Below, piece by piece: positions 25,331 to 34,555 of a stretch of DNA of 64,000 nucleotides. The position numbers and the translations under genes are program-made. Numbering within the stretch: position 1 is the stretch's first letter; every line of letters starts with the position of its first letter. Below the pieces are notes generated by a model that was not told where the DNA came from, searched no databases, and saw nothing but the letters and a program-made list of their open reading frames with translations. Origin of the DNA: an uncultured Dehalococcoidia bacterium (GTDB lineage: Bacteria; Chloroflexota; Dehalococcoidia; Lucifugimonadales; UBA3495); the NCBI GenBank assembly GCA_958296445.1, contig OY282565.1, positions 1,565,570 through 1,629,569 on the forward strand. The letters are read 5' to 3'.

Positions 25331-26311
25331 GTGAGGCGCGTTATGCAGTCCCCAACCATCCGCGATGTGTACCGAGCTAGGCAGACCATTGCCCCGTATT
25401 TCCAACGTACCCCGTTACACTACTCCCTCGGATTGAGTGAGTTGCTGGAGGCCGAGGTGTACCTGAAGCATGAGGAATATCTCCCGCTGGGGGCCTTCAA
25501 GTCGCGGGGGGGAATCAACCTGCTGTCCAATCTGAGCGACGAAGAGCGGCGGCGCGGGCTGATAACCGCGTCCACCGGCAATCACGGGCAGTCCATTGCC
25601 AGCGCCGGGCGGGAATTCGGGGCGCGGGTGCTGATTGGGCTGCCGGAAAAGGCCAATCCGGTCAAGGTGGCGGCGATGCAGGCCCTGGGAGCAGAACTTA
25701 TATTCCACGGCGACAACTTCGACGATGCTAGGGAGCATTGCGAGCGGCTGGCCCGGGAAGAGGGCTACCGCTATGTTCACGCGGTCAACGAGCCGCTGCT
25801 CATCGCCGGGGTGGGGACTGCGGCCCTGGAAATCATTGAAGACCTGCCGGAAGTTGACGTAATGATGCTGCCTCTGGGCGGCGGCTCCGGCATTTCGGGG
25901 GCTTGCATCGTTGCCAAGGCGGTTGACCCGTCCATTGAGGTCTACGCGGTGCAGTCGGAGGCGGCTCCGGCGGCCTATTTGTCTTGGAAGCAGGGGGAGA
26001 TAGTGCAGGCGCCGATGGACACCTTCGCCGAGGGGGTGGCTACGCAGTCGGGCTACGAACTGCCGCAGAGCATAATGGCGGAGCTGCTGGACGATTTTCT
26101 GCTGGTGAGCGATGACGACATAAGGCGGGCCATCGGGCTGCTGGTGGAGAAGGGGCATACGCTGGCGGAACCGGCCGGGGCTACGGCGCTGGCCGGGGCG
26201 GTGAAGCACGCCGGGCGGCTGCGGGGGAAGAAGGTTGCCATCACCATCAGCGGGGCCAACATTACCGCCGAGCGGCTGGCGGAAGCGTTGAAAGTGTACC
26301 AAGCGGGATAA
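25331..26311 (+). CDS. PLP-dependent threonine/serine dehydratase family protein
   Basis: 'LPLGAFKSRGGINLL' (PLP lysine context) and 'STGNHGQS'. The alternative ATG start at 25343 is probably the real one. Confidence 0.75.
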   Translation: MRRVMQSPTIRDVYRARQTIAPYFQRTPLHYSLGLSELLEAEVYLKHEEYLPLGAFKSRGGINLLSNLSDEERRRGLITASTGNHGQSIASAGREFGARVLIGLPEKANPVKVAAMQALGAELIFHGDNFDDAREHCERLAREEGYRYVHAVNEPLLIAGVGTAALEIIEDLPEVDVMMLPLGGGSGISGACIVAKAVDPSIEVYAVQSEAAPAAYLSWKQGEIVQAPMDTFAEGVATQSGYELPQSIMAELLDDFLLVSDDDIRRAIGLLVEKGHTLAEPAGATALAGAVKHAGRLRGKKVAITISGANITAERLAEALKVYQAG

Positions 26312-26426
26312 GTGTAACAGGGTAGTGCAGGAGCTAGTACGCGCTACACTGTAGTACATATTTGAGTACACAGTACTGAGTTGCCTTGCGGTATTAGTGT
26401 ACTTGCCGTTGCCGCAGAATCATTGA

Positions 26427-26449
26427 GGGGCGCCGATACCCGGCGCCCC
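26427..26449. terminator. GC-rich hairpin between convergent genes (possible bidirectional terminator)
   Basis: ggggcgccg-atacc-cggcgcccc followed by TTTTA. Sits between the ends of 25331..26311(+) and 26452..27459(-). Confidence 0.45.
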
Positions 26450-26451
26450 TT

Positions 26452-27459
26452 TTACCTTTCCGAGAAGTACCGAGCCAGCTCGTCCCGGGGGAAAAGGGGT
26501 AAGGGTACTTCCTCGCCGGCGCGGGTAAACAGTACACACCCCTCGTCGGCGGGCAGCATCTGGCCGATTTCCCAGGCGTTGATACCCGAGCGTTCCAAGG
26601 CGTGTAAAAGGCTGGGTGTATATTGGGCGTGTAGCGTTACCAGCATTGCGCCGGAGGCCAGCAGGCCCAAGGGGTGTAGTCCGAGGGCGGTACACACTTC
26701 GGCGGTTTCGGGGAGTACGGGTACACTATCCTCTTCCACGGCCAGTCCCAGGCCGGAGGCTGCGGCCAGCTCGTGCAGTGCGGTAATCAGGCCGCCCTCG
26801 GTGATGTCGTGCAACGAATGTACCGGCATTTGCGTACTGATTTGCGCGTCGTGTAGTACACTTATTCCGGGGGTATCGAGCATTGTTGCACATTTGGCAA
26901 TTACACTTTCGCTAATACCGGCCTGGCGCAGTTCCCCGGCGCAGTCCCGGGCCAGCAGGGCAGTACCCTCGATTGCCAGCCCTTTGGTGATAACGATGCT
27001 GTCGCCTTCCTGGGCGCCGCCAGTGGTAATGAGCCGGTCGGGCGCCACTTCGCCGAGCATTGTTCCCATTACGATGGGGCGCTGGATGCCGTGGGTGACC
27101 TCGCTGTGGCCGCCGATGAGGGTTACGCCGAGGGCTTGGCAGCTTTCCATAACATCGTTGAACAGCTTTGCGGCGGCGTCGAAATCGAAGGTTTCCGGCA
27201 CGAGGAGGGTTGCTAGGAACCAGCGGGGGGTTGCGCCGGTGCAGGCGACGTCGTTGGCGCAGACTTGGACGGCGTACCAGCCGGCGCGGTCGGCGGCGAA
27301 GGTGACCGGGTCGCTCTTGGCAACCAGCAGGCGGTCGCCGAAGTCTAGGGCGGCGGCGTCCTCGCCTACCAGCGGGCCTAGGATTACGCGCGGGTCGCTG
27401 GAGTGGGCGGAGCGCAGCAGACGCTCCAGCAGTTCCGGGGGAAATTTGCCGACATTCAT
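26452..27459 (-). CDS. AIR synthase-related protein (PurM/HypE/ThiL superfamily)
   Basis: 'GEDAAALDFGDRLLVAKSDPVTF...YAVQVCANDVACTGATPRWFL...GVTLIGGHSEVT'. Confidence 0.65.
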   Translation of the reverse strand: MNVGKFPPELLERLLRSAHSSDPRVILGPLVGEDAAALDFGDRLLVAKSDPVTFAADRAGWYAVQVCANDVACTGATPRWFLATLLVPETFDFDAAAKLFNDVMESCQALGVTLIGGHSEVTHGIQRPIVMGTMLGEVAPDRLITTGGAQEGDSIVITKGLAIEGTALLARDCAGELRQAGISESVIAKCATMLDTPGISVLHDAQISTQMPVHSLHDITEGGLITALHELAAASGLGLAVEEDSVPVLPETAEVCTALGLHPLGLLASGAMLVTLHAQYTPSLLHALERSGINAWEIGQMLPADEGCVLFTRAGEEVPLPLFPRDELARYFSER

Positions 27460-27723
27460 CCGTTTCTCCCGTTATATCCCGTTTTGGGCCGGTTGGCCGG
27501 TTATATCCCGTTTTGGCCTGTTTTGGCCCGCTGGCAAATGGCGAACCTATTATGTCAAAAGGCCCCAAAACGGCCTGTAAGACAACATAACGTATCTTGT
27601 GCGAACCAACCAGTGTGGCGAATTATGGGGGGCGGACAACGAAATAGGGGGCATATTGGAGGGGTTTGTTATGTATACCGAGGACGGGCCGGGGGCGTCG
27701 GGGCGGTTGGGGGATGCCGGGGG

Positions 27724-28977
27724 TTACTGCCAGCCGTTGGCGTATTCCCCGGTCATCAGCAGGGGGCCGTCGAGGTTGACGAGCTGGTTTTCGATTTCGC
27801 GGAGCAGGCCGTCGAGGTTCCAGCCTTTTTGCGCCGAGACCAGGACGCCGGGCGCCGCGTCTTGGTTCCAAGGGGCGGCGATGCCGGACGGGGACGGGGG
27901 CGGGGCGGCCTGGGTGTTGCCGGGGGTTGCGGCCGGGTTGTCGGCGGGGGGCAGCAAGTCCATTTTATTTATGACAAGCAGGCGGGGGCGGCGGCCTAGG
28001 CCCAGCTCGTCTAGGGTTTGCTCGACTACTTCGGTCTGCTCCGGGGCTTTGGGGTGGGAGACGTCAATGACGTGGAGGAGGACGTCGGCGCGGTCGAGTT
28101 CGTCGAGGGTGGCGCGGAAGGCGGCGATGACGTTGGGGGAGAGCTTTTGGATGAAGCCGACGGTGTCGCTGAGGAGGAGGGGGGCGCCGGAGGGCAGCCG
28201 GACGCGGCGGGTGACGGGGTCGAGGGTGGAAAAGAGCTGGTCGGCGGCTAGGGAGGGGGCGCCATTGGCGGCGGCGGAGCCGGGGGGAATCAAAGCGTTG
28301 AACAGGGTGCTTTTGCCGGCGTTGGTGTAGCCGACTAGGGTGGCCATGGGGATGGCCGATTTCCGGCGGCGGTCCATATGCAGGGTGCGGCGGCGGCGCA
28401 CGCCGTCCAGTTCGGAGCGTATTTTCTGGATGCGGCGGCGAACTAGGCGGCGGTCGGTTTCGATCTGGGTTTCGCCGGGGCCGCGGGTGCCGATGCCGCC
28501 GCCCAAGCGTTCTAGGTGGGACCACTGGCCGGCGAGCCGGGGGAGCAGGTATTCGTGCTGGGCCAGCTCCACTTGGAGCTTGCCTTCGTAACTGGAGGCG
28601 TGGCGTCCGAATACGTCAAGAATCAGGGCGGTGCGGTCTATGACTTTTACGCCCTTTTGCTCGCCCGGCCTAGGGGAAAGGGTTGAGGCTAGGGCGGCTT
28701 CTAGGTTCCGTTGCTGGGTGGGGGTTAGTTCGTCGTCAAAGATTACGACGCCGGCGGATTCTTGTCTTATTATGTCGCGCAGTTCGTCGAGCTTGCCTTT
28801 GCCGACGTAGGTGGGGGTGAGGCGGTCGGTCCGCTGGCTGATGACGCCGGCCACCTCGGCCCCGGCCGACTCGGTGAGGTGGCGCAGTTCGCCTAGGGTG
28901 TCGTCCAGGGTCCAAAGCTGGTCGCGGCCCTTTAATTCGACGGCTACTAGGATGGCGCGTTCCCGCTCGGGGGACAC
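27724..28977 (-). CDS. hflX: GTPase HflX
   Basis: HflX N-terminal domain 'RAILVAV...EELRHL', a '[19 protein letters not shown]' segment, G1 '[16 protein letters not shown]' and G4 'NKMD'. Confidence 0.85.
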   Translation of the reverse strand: MSPERERAILVAVELKGRDQLWTLDDTLGELRHLTESAGAEVAGVISQRTDRLTPTYVGKGKLDELRDIIRQESAGVVIFDDELTPTQQRNLEAALASTLSPRPGEQKGVKVIDRTALILDVFGRHASSYEGKLQVELAQHEYLLPRLAGQWSHLERLGGGIGTRGPGETQIETDRRLVRRRIQKIRSELDGVRRRRTLHMDRRRKSAIPMATLVGYTNAGKSTLFNALIPPGSAAANGAPSLAADQLFSTLDPVTRRVRLPSGAPLLLSDTVGFIQKLSPNVIAAFRATLDELDRADVLLHVIDVSHPKAPEQTEVVEQTLDELGLGRRPRLLVINKMDLLPPADNPAATPGNTQAAPPPSPSGIAAPWNQDAAPGVLVSAQKGWNLDGLLREIENQLVNLDGPLLMTGEYANGWQ

Positions 28978-29070
28978 GTCAACAAGCCGCGCGGCCTTGG
29001 CCGCCCGTTTGGGGGTCTCCGGGTTATGTATGGTAGCCGGGGCTTGGCGCGGTTTGGACTTGGCGATGGG

Positions 29071-30249
29071 CTAACCTCCTTGGGGGGCGGGAATCGTCCA
29101 CGCTTCGATGCGCTGGCAGCCCTTTTCCACTTGTTCGTCGGGGGTGGTCAGGGACAAACGGATGTAGCCCTCTCCGTAGCGGCCATAGCTGGAGCCGGGG
29201 GTGACTACTACGTCTAGGTCTTCGAGCAGGCGTTGGGCGAACTCGGCGGAGGTGAAACCGGGGGGGACTTTGGCCCAGATATACAGGCTGGCCCGGGGGA
29301 CGTCAACTTCCATTCCGGCGTTGCGGACGGCCTGCACTACTCGGTCGCGGCGGCGCTGGTAGATTTCCACGTTGTCGGTGACGCAGTCTTGGGGGCCGGT
29401 CAAGGCTTCGATCGCCATTTCCTGGACTGCCTGGGGGACGCCGGAGTCTAGGTTGGCTTTGATTTGGAACAGGGCGCGAATCATATCGGCGTTGCCGACG
29501 GCCATGCCGATGCGCCAGCCGGTCATATTGTAGGTTTTGGACAGGGAATGGAACTCGATGCCGATGTCTCTGGCGCCGTCCACTTGCAGGTAGCTGGCGG
29601 CCTGATAGCCGTGGTAGCCGACTTCGCTGTAGGCGGCGTCGTGGAGCAGGGCGATGTCGTTTTCGCGGCAGAAGGCGGCGGCGGCGGCGAGGTCTTCGGC
29701 GCTGGCGACGGCGCTGGTGGGGTTGTTGGGGTAGTTGAGCCACATCACTTTGGCGGCGCGGGCGATGTCGGTGGGGATGGCGTCCAGCTCGGGCAGCCAT
29801 CCGTTGCTTTCGTAGAGGGGCATTATGTAACTTTCGGCTCCGGCGAACATCGTGCCGACGCCGTAGACGGGATAGGCCGGGTCGGGAACTAGGGCGATGT
29901 CGCCGGGGTCGAGGAAGCAGAAGGCGGCGTGGCCGATGCCTTCCTTGGCGCCAATCAGGGGGAGAACTTCGGTGTCCGGGTCGAGCTTTACGCCGAAGCG
30001 GATGTCGTACCAGTGGGCGATGGCGCGGCGCATTTCGGGCAGGCCGTCGGTTTCGGGGTAGCGGTGGTTGGGGGGATGCTGGGAGGCGGTCAACAGCCGG
30101 TCTATGATGGGCTGCGGCGTGGGGATGTCGGGGTCGCCGATGCCGAAGGTGACGACGTCGGCGCCGGCGGCCCGCTTGGCCGCGATGATGCGGGAGATTT
30201 CGACGAAGGGATAGGGTGCCAGTTTGCCCAAGCGGTCGGAGAATTTCAT
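29071..30249 (-). CDS. dapL: LL-diaminopimelate aminotransferase (DapL-type class I aminotransferase)
   Basis: 'MKFSDRLGKLAPYPFVEISRIIAAKRAAGADVVTFGIGDPDIPTP' and 'SLSKTYNMTGWRIG' (PLP lysine). Confidence 0.75.
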   Translation of the reverse strand: MKFSDRLGKLAPYPFVEISRIIAAKRAAGADVVTFGIGDPDIPTPQPIIDRLLTASQHPPNHRYPETDGLPEMRRAIAHWYDIRFGVKLDPDTEVLPLIGAKEGIGHAAFCFLDPGDIALVPDPAYPVYGVGTMFAGAESYIMPLYESNGWLPELDAIPTDIARAAKVMWLNYPNNPTSAVASAEDLAAAAAFCRENDIALLHDAAYSEVGYHGYQAASYLQVDGARDIGIEFHSLSKTYNMTGWRIGMAVGNADMIRALFQIKANLDSGVPQAVQEMAIEALTGPQDCVTDNVEIYQRRRDRVVQAVRNAGMEVDVPRASLYIWAKVPPGFTSAEFAQRLLEDLDVVVTPGSSYGRYGEGYIRLSLTTPDEQVEKGCQRIEAWTIPAPQGG

Positions 30250-30337
30250 CTTGGCGGCCTCTGTTGCTTAATTATTGTGGGATTGCGGGGTTTGGATTAA
30301 ACCGGCGATGGGTTGGATGACACGGTTGGCGCTTTCG

Positions 30338-30925
30338 CTAGGCCAGTAGCGGGCCGAAAATGTTGGCTATGGATAGGGCGAAGCCGGGGAGGATTTGGGA
30401 TTGGAGGGTTTGGCCCATTGTGTAGGTGGCTATGGTGGTTGCGGATTGGGGGGTTAGGCGCAGGACTTCGATTGTGCGGGCGGGGAAGTTTACCAGCCAG
30501 CATTCCGGGACGCCTATGCTGCGGTAGTCGGATAGCCGTTGCGTTATGTCGCGGCGGGTGTTGCTGGGGGAAAGAACCTCGACTACTAGCAGCGGGGGGC
30601 GTTCTAGGAAGGGGCGGCCTACTAGGTCGGACGGGCGGGTTATGCCGGTCAATTCGGCGTTCACTACCAGAATATCCGGCTGGCGGACTCGTAAGGGTTC
30701 CCGTTGAATTAGCACGTCGCACGGGGCCGTTAGCACTATGCCGAGATTCCTTTCCCGCACAAATGGCGAGAGCTGCGTCGCAATCTCAAATTCAAGCCAG
30801 GGGTGTTCACCCATTGGGCCGGGGGGCATTAGCAGGACTCCGTCCACAACCTCGCAGCGTTGTTTGGTTTCGGGTAGGGCTTGCCATTGGTCGAAGGTTA
30901 ATTTTTTGGTGCTTGTGGTGGTCAT
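30338..30925 (-). CDS. Uma2-family (DUF820) putative endonuclease, array copy 1 (most downstream in transcription)
   Basis: 588 nt. Starts MTTTSTKKLTFDQWQALPETKQRCEVVDG. Core 'RQPDILVV...LLVVEVLSPSNTRRDITQRLSDYRSIGVPECWLV'. ATG at 30925. Confidence 0.8.
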   Translation of the reverse strand: MTTTSTKKLTFDQWQALPETKQRCEVVDGVLLMPPGPMGEHPWLEFEIATQLSPFVRERNLGIVLTAPCDVLIQREPLRVRQPDILVVNAELTGITRPSDLVGRPFLERPPLLVVEVLSPSNTRRDITQRLSDYRSIGVPECWLVNFPARTIEVLRLTPQSATTIATYTMGQTLQSQILPGFALSIANIFGPLLA

Positions 30926-30942
30926 TGGGTTGTTTCCTGCTG

Positions 30943-31530
30943 CTATTTTAGGAGTGGGCCGAAAATGTTGGCTATGGGTAGGGCGAAGCCGGGCAGGATT
31001 TGGGATTGGAGGGTGTCGGCTATGCCGTAGGTGGCGATGGTGGTTGCGGTGTCGGGGGTTAGGCGCAGGACTTCGATTGTTCGGGCGGGGAAATCGGCCA
31101 GCCAGCACTCGGGGACGCCTATGCTGCGGTAGTCGGCCAGGCGTTGCGTTATGTCGCGGCGGGTGTTGCTGGGGGACAGGACTTCTACCACCAGCAGCGG
31201 GGGGCGTTCTAGGAAGGGGCGGCCTACTAGGTCGGACGGGCGGGTTATGCCGGTTAATTCGGCGTTCACTACCAGAATATCGGGTTGGCGGACTCGTAAG
31301 GGTTCCCGTTGAATCAGGACGTCGTAGGGGGCCGTTAGCACTATGCCGAGATCCCTTTCCCTCACAAATGGCGAGAGATGCCTCACGATTTCTAGGCCAA
31401 GCCATTGGTGTTCACCCATTGGGCTGGGGGGCATTAGCAGGACTCCGTCCACAACCTCGCAGCGTTGGTTGGTTTCGGGTAGGGCTTGCCATTGGTCGAA
31501 GGTTAATTTTTTGGTGCTGATGGTGGTCAT
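30943..31530 (-). CDS. Uma2-family putative endonuclease, array copy 2
   Basis: 588 nt, same frame architecture. ATG at 31530. A 17-nt spacer with AGGAAA lies upstream. Confidence 0.8.
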   Translation of the reverse strand: MTTISTKKLTFDQWQALPETNQRCEVVDGVLLMPPSPMGEHQWLGLEIVRHLSPFVRERDLGIVLTAPYDVLIQREPLRVRQPDILVVNAELTGITRPSDLVGRPFLERPPLLVVEVLSPSNTRRDITQRLADYRSIGVPECWLADFPARTIEVLRLTPDTATTIATYGIADTLQSQILPGFALPIANIFGPLLK

Positions 31531-31547
31531 TGGGTTGTTTCCTGCGG

Positions 31548-32135
31548 CTATTTTAGGAGTGGGCCGAAAATGTTGGCGATGGGTAGGGCGAAGCCGGGGA
31601 GGATTTGGGATTGGAGGGTGTCGGCTATGCCGTAGGTGGCGATGGTGGTTGCGGATTGGGGGGTTAGGCGCAGGACTTCGATTGTGCGGGCGGGGAAGTT
31701 TACTAGCCAGCACTCGGGGACGCCTATGCTGCGGTAGTCGGCCAGCTTTTCCTGAATCTGGCGGCGGGTGTTGCTGGGGGACAGTATTTCCACTACCAGG
31801 TCGGGGGGCGATTCGATGCGCTGTATGTCGGCTAGGTCGGATTCACGCCTGACGCCAGCGCGGGCGGCGCTTAGGTAGAAAATGTCCGGTTGCCTCACCC
31901 GCAGGGGTTCTTTGCTAATCAGCACATCGCACGGGGCCATTATCGCTAGGCCCAAGCCATTTTCTTCTACGAAAAGCGATACGGGCCTGATTATCCGAAG
32001 TCCAAGTATCTGGTGTTCGGGTGTTGGGCTGGGGGGCATTAGCAGGACTCCGTCCACAACCTCGCAGCGTTGCTTGGTTTCGGGTAGGGCTTGCCATTGG
32101 TCGAAGGTTAATTTTTTGGTGCTGATGGTGGTCAT
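31548..32135 (-). CDS. Uma2-family putative endonuclease, array copy 3
   Basis: 588 nt. Carries the central variant 'FYLSAARAGVRRESDLADIQRIESPPDLVVEILSPSN'. Confidence 0.8.
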   Translation of the reverse strand: MTTISTKKLTFDQWQALPETKQRCEVVDGVLLMPPSPTPEHQILGLRIIRPVSLFVEENGLGLAIMAPCDVLISKEPLRVRQPDIFYLSAARAGVRRESDLADIQRIESPPDLVVEILSPSNTRRQIQEKLADYRSIGVPECWLVNFPARTIEVLRLTPQSATTIATYGIADTLQSQILPGFALPIANIFGPLLK

Positions 32136-32152
32136 TGGGTTGTTTCCTGCGG

Positions 32153-32740
32153 CTATTTTAGGAGCGGGCCGAAAATGTTGGCTATGGGTAGGGCGAAGCC
32201 GGGGAGGATTTGGGATTGGAGGGTTTGGCCCATTGTGTAGGTGGCGATGGTGGTTGCGGCTTCGGGGGTTAGGCGCAGGACTTCGATTGTTCGGGTGGGG
32301 AAATCGGCCAGCCAGCACTCGGGGACGCCTATGCTGCGGTAGTCGGCTAGGCGTTGCGTTATGTCGCGGCGGGTGTTGCTGGGGGAAAGGACTTCTACCA
32401 CCAGCAGCGGGGGGCGTTCTAGGAAGGGGCGGCCTACTAGGTCGGATGGGCGGGTTATGCCGGTCAATTCGGCGTTCACTACCAAGACATCGGGTTGGCG
32501 GACTCGTAAGGGTTCCCGTTGAATTAGCACGTCGTAGGGCGCGGATAGGGCGATGCCTAGCCCGTTGTCCCTTACGAATGGTCTGAGACTTAGCAGAATT
32601 TCATCGGCTATCCAGGGGTGTTCACCCATTGGGCCGGGGGGCATTAGCAGGACTCCGTCCACAACCTCGCAGCGTTGTTTGGTTTCGGGTAGGGCTTGCC
32701 ATTGGTCGAAGGTTAATTTTTTGGTGCTTGTGGTGGTCAT
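32153..32740 (-). CDS. Uma2-family putative endonuclease, array copy 4
   Basis: 588 nt. Has a unique segment 'GPMGEHPWIADEILLSLRPFVRDNGLGIALSAPY'. Confidence 0.8.
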   Translation of the reverse strand: MTTTSTKKLTFDQWQALPETKQRCEVVDGVLLMPPGPMGEHPWIADEILLSLRPFVRDNGLGIALSAPYDVLIQREPLRVRQPDVLVVNAELTGITRPSDLVGRPFLERPPLLVVEVLSPSNTRRDITQRLADYRSIGVPECWLADFPTRTIEVLRLTPEAATTIATYTMGQTLQSQILPGFALPIANIFGPLLK

Positions 32741-32757
32741 TGGGTTGTTTCCTGCCG

Positions 32758-33345
32758 CTATTTTAGGAGCGGGCCGAAAATGTTGGCTATGGGTAGGGCG
32801 AAACCGGGGAGGATTTGGGATTGGAGGGTGTCGGCTATGCCGTAGGTGGCGATGGTGGTTGCGGCTTCGGGGGTTAGGCGCAGGATTTCGATTGTCCGGG
32901 TGGGGAAGTTTACCAGCCAGCATTCTAATACGCCGATGCTGCGGTAGTCGGCCAGCTTTTCCTGAATTTGGCGGCGGGTGTTGCTGGGGGAAAGTATTTC
33001 CACCACCAAGTCGGGGGGCGATTCGATGCGCTGTATGTCGGCTAGGTCGGATTCACGCCTGACGCCAGCGCGGGCGGCGCTTAGGTAGAAAATATCCGGT
33101 TGCCTTACCCGCAGGGGTTCTTTGCTAATCAGGACATCGCACGGGGCCATTATCGCTAGGCCCAAGCCATTTTCTTCTACGAAAAGCGATACGGGCCTGA
33201 TTATCCGAAGTCCAAGTATCTGGTGTTCGGGTGTTGGGCTGGGGGGCATTAGCAGGACTCCGTCCACAACCTCGCAGCGTTGTTTGGTTTCGGGTAGGGC
33301 TTGCCATTGGTCGAAGGTCAATTTTTTGGTGCTTGTGGTGGTCAT
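32758..33345 (-). CDS. Uma2-family putative endonuclease, array copy 5
   Basis: 588 nt. Its central part is nearly identical to copy 3. Confidence 0.8.
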   Translation of the reverse strand: MTTTSTKKLTFDQWQALPETKQRCEVVDGVLLMPPSPTPEHQILGLRIIRPVSLFVEENGLGLAIMAPCDVLISKEPLRVRQPDIFYLSAARAGVRRESDLADIQRIESPPDLVVEILSPSNTRRQIQEKLADYRSIGVLECWLVNFPTRTIEILRLTPEAATTIATYGIADTLQSQILPGFALPIANIFGPLLK

Positions 33346-33362
33346 TGGGTTGTTTCCTGCGG

Positions 33363-33950
33363 CTATTTTAGGAGCGGGCCGAAAATGTTGGCTATGGGTA
33401 GGGCGAAGCCGGGGAGGATTTGGGAGCTTAGGGTGTCGGCTATGCCGTAGGTGGCGATGGTGGTTGCGGATTCGGGGGTTAGGCGCAGGACTTCGATTGT
33501 CCGGGCGGGGAAGTTTACTAGCCAGCATTCGGGGACGCCGATGCTGCGGTAGTCGGCCAGGCGTTGCGTTATGTCGCGGCGGGTGTTGCTGGGGGAAAGG
33601 ACTTCGACTACTAGCAGCGGGGGGCGTTCTAGGAAGGGGCGGCCTACTAGGTCGGACGGGCGGGTTATGCCGGTCAATTCGGCGTTCACTACTAGGACAT
33701 CCGGTTGGCGAACTCGTAAGGGTTCCCGTTGAATCAGCACGTCGTAGGGGGCCGTTAGCACTATGCCGAGATCCCTTTCCCGCACAAATGGCGAGAGATG
33801 CCTCACGATTTCTAGGCCAAGCCAGGGGTGTTCACCCATTGGGCTGGGGGGCATTAGCAGGACTCCGTCCACAACCTCGCAGCGTTGTTTGGTTTCGGGT
33901 AGGGCTTGCCATTGGTCGAAGGTTAATTTTTTGGTGCTGATGGTAGTCAT
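33363..33950 (-). CDS. Uma2-family putative endonuclease, array copy 6
   Basis: 588 nt. Its central part is close to copy 2. Confidence 0.8.
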   Translation of the reverse strand: MTTISTKKLTFDQWQALPETKQRCEVVDGVLLMPPSPMGEHPWLGLEIVRHLSPFVRERDLGIVLTAPYDVLIQREPLRVRQPDVLVVNAELTGITRPSDLVGRPFLERPPLLVVEVLSPSNTRRDITQRLADYRSIGVPECWLVNFPARTIEVLRLTPESATTIATYGIADTLSSQILPGFALPIANIFGPLLK

Positions 33951-33967
33951 TGGGTTGTTTCCTGCTG

Positions 33968-34555
33968 CTATTTTAGGAGCGGGCCGAAAATGTTGGCGAT
34001 GGGTAGGGCGAAGCCGGGGAGGATTTGGGATTGGAGGGTTTGGCCCATTGTGTAGGTGGCGATGGTGGTTGCGGATTCGGGGGTTAGGTGCAGGACTTCG
34101 ATTGTGCGGGCGGGGAAGTTTACCAGCCAGCATTCTAATACGCCTATGCTGCGGTAGTCGGCTAGTTTTTCCGTTATGTCGCGGCGGGTGTTGCTGGGGG
34201 ACAGTATTTCCACCACTAGGTCGAGGGGCGATTGGATAAGCTGTATGCCAGCTAGGTCGGACTCGCGTCTTACGCCAGCGCGGGCGGCGCTTAGGTAGAA
34301 AATATCCGGTTGCCTTACCCGCAGGGGTTCCTTGCTAATCAGTACATCGCACGGGGCCATTATCGCTACGCCTAGCTCTCTTTCCCGCACAAACGGGGAG
34401 AGCTGCATCGCAATGTCAAGGCGAAGTATCTGATACTCAAGGGTTGGGTTGGGCGGCATTAGCAGGATTCCGTCCACAACCTCGCAGCGCTGCTTGGTTT
34501 CCGGCAACGCTTGCCATTCGTCGAATGTCAGCCTTTTGGCGCTGGCAGGGTTCAT
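33968..34555 (-). CDS. Uma2-family putative endonuclease, array copy 7 (first in transcription; most divergent N-terminus)
   Basis: 588 nt. Starts MNPASAKRLTFDEWQALPETKQRCEVVDGILLMPP. Its ATG (34553-34555) overlaps the dapF stop as TGATG. Confidence 0.8.
   Translation of the reverse strand: MNPASAKRLTFDEWQALPETKQRCEVVDGILLMPPNPTLEYQILRLDIAMQLSPFVRERELGVAIMAPCDVLISKEPLRVRQPDIFYLSAARAGVRRESDLAGIQLIQSPLDLVVEILSPSNTRRDITEKLADYRSIGVLECWLVNFPARTIEVLHLTPESATTIATYTMGQTLQSQILPGFALPIANIFGPLLK

Noticed and set aside
26312-26451. GTAC-rich segment (repeated 'gtacac/agtac' words) between the dehydratase and AIR-synthase-like genes, considered as a possible operator array or small RNA.
   Set aside because: I could not define any consistent spacing or palindrome beyond the terminal GC hairpin. 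GTAC words also occur inside the adjacent coding region, so the signal is too weak to report.
30313-34239. Long plus-strand ORFs (e.g. 30313..30951, 30738..31520, 31882..32586, 33122..33940) and the 256-aa N-terminally extended minus-strand ORFs across the Uma2 array.
   Set aside because: The plus-strand products are Arg/Gly/Cys-rich antisense translations of GC-rich coding DNA. The minus-strand extensions read through the upstream copy in a wrong frame (Pro/Arg/His-rich). Each real gene starts at the conserved ATG (MTT.STKK) preceded by an RBS.
30338-34555. Possibility that the variable regions of the Uma2 array are produced by a diversity-generating retroelement.
   Set aside because: There is no reverse transcriptase or template repeat in the window. 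The differences are block-wise and involve all four bases rather than adenine-specific substitutions. Recombination among copies explains the pattern.
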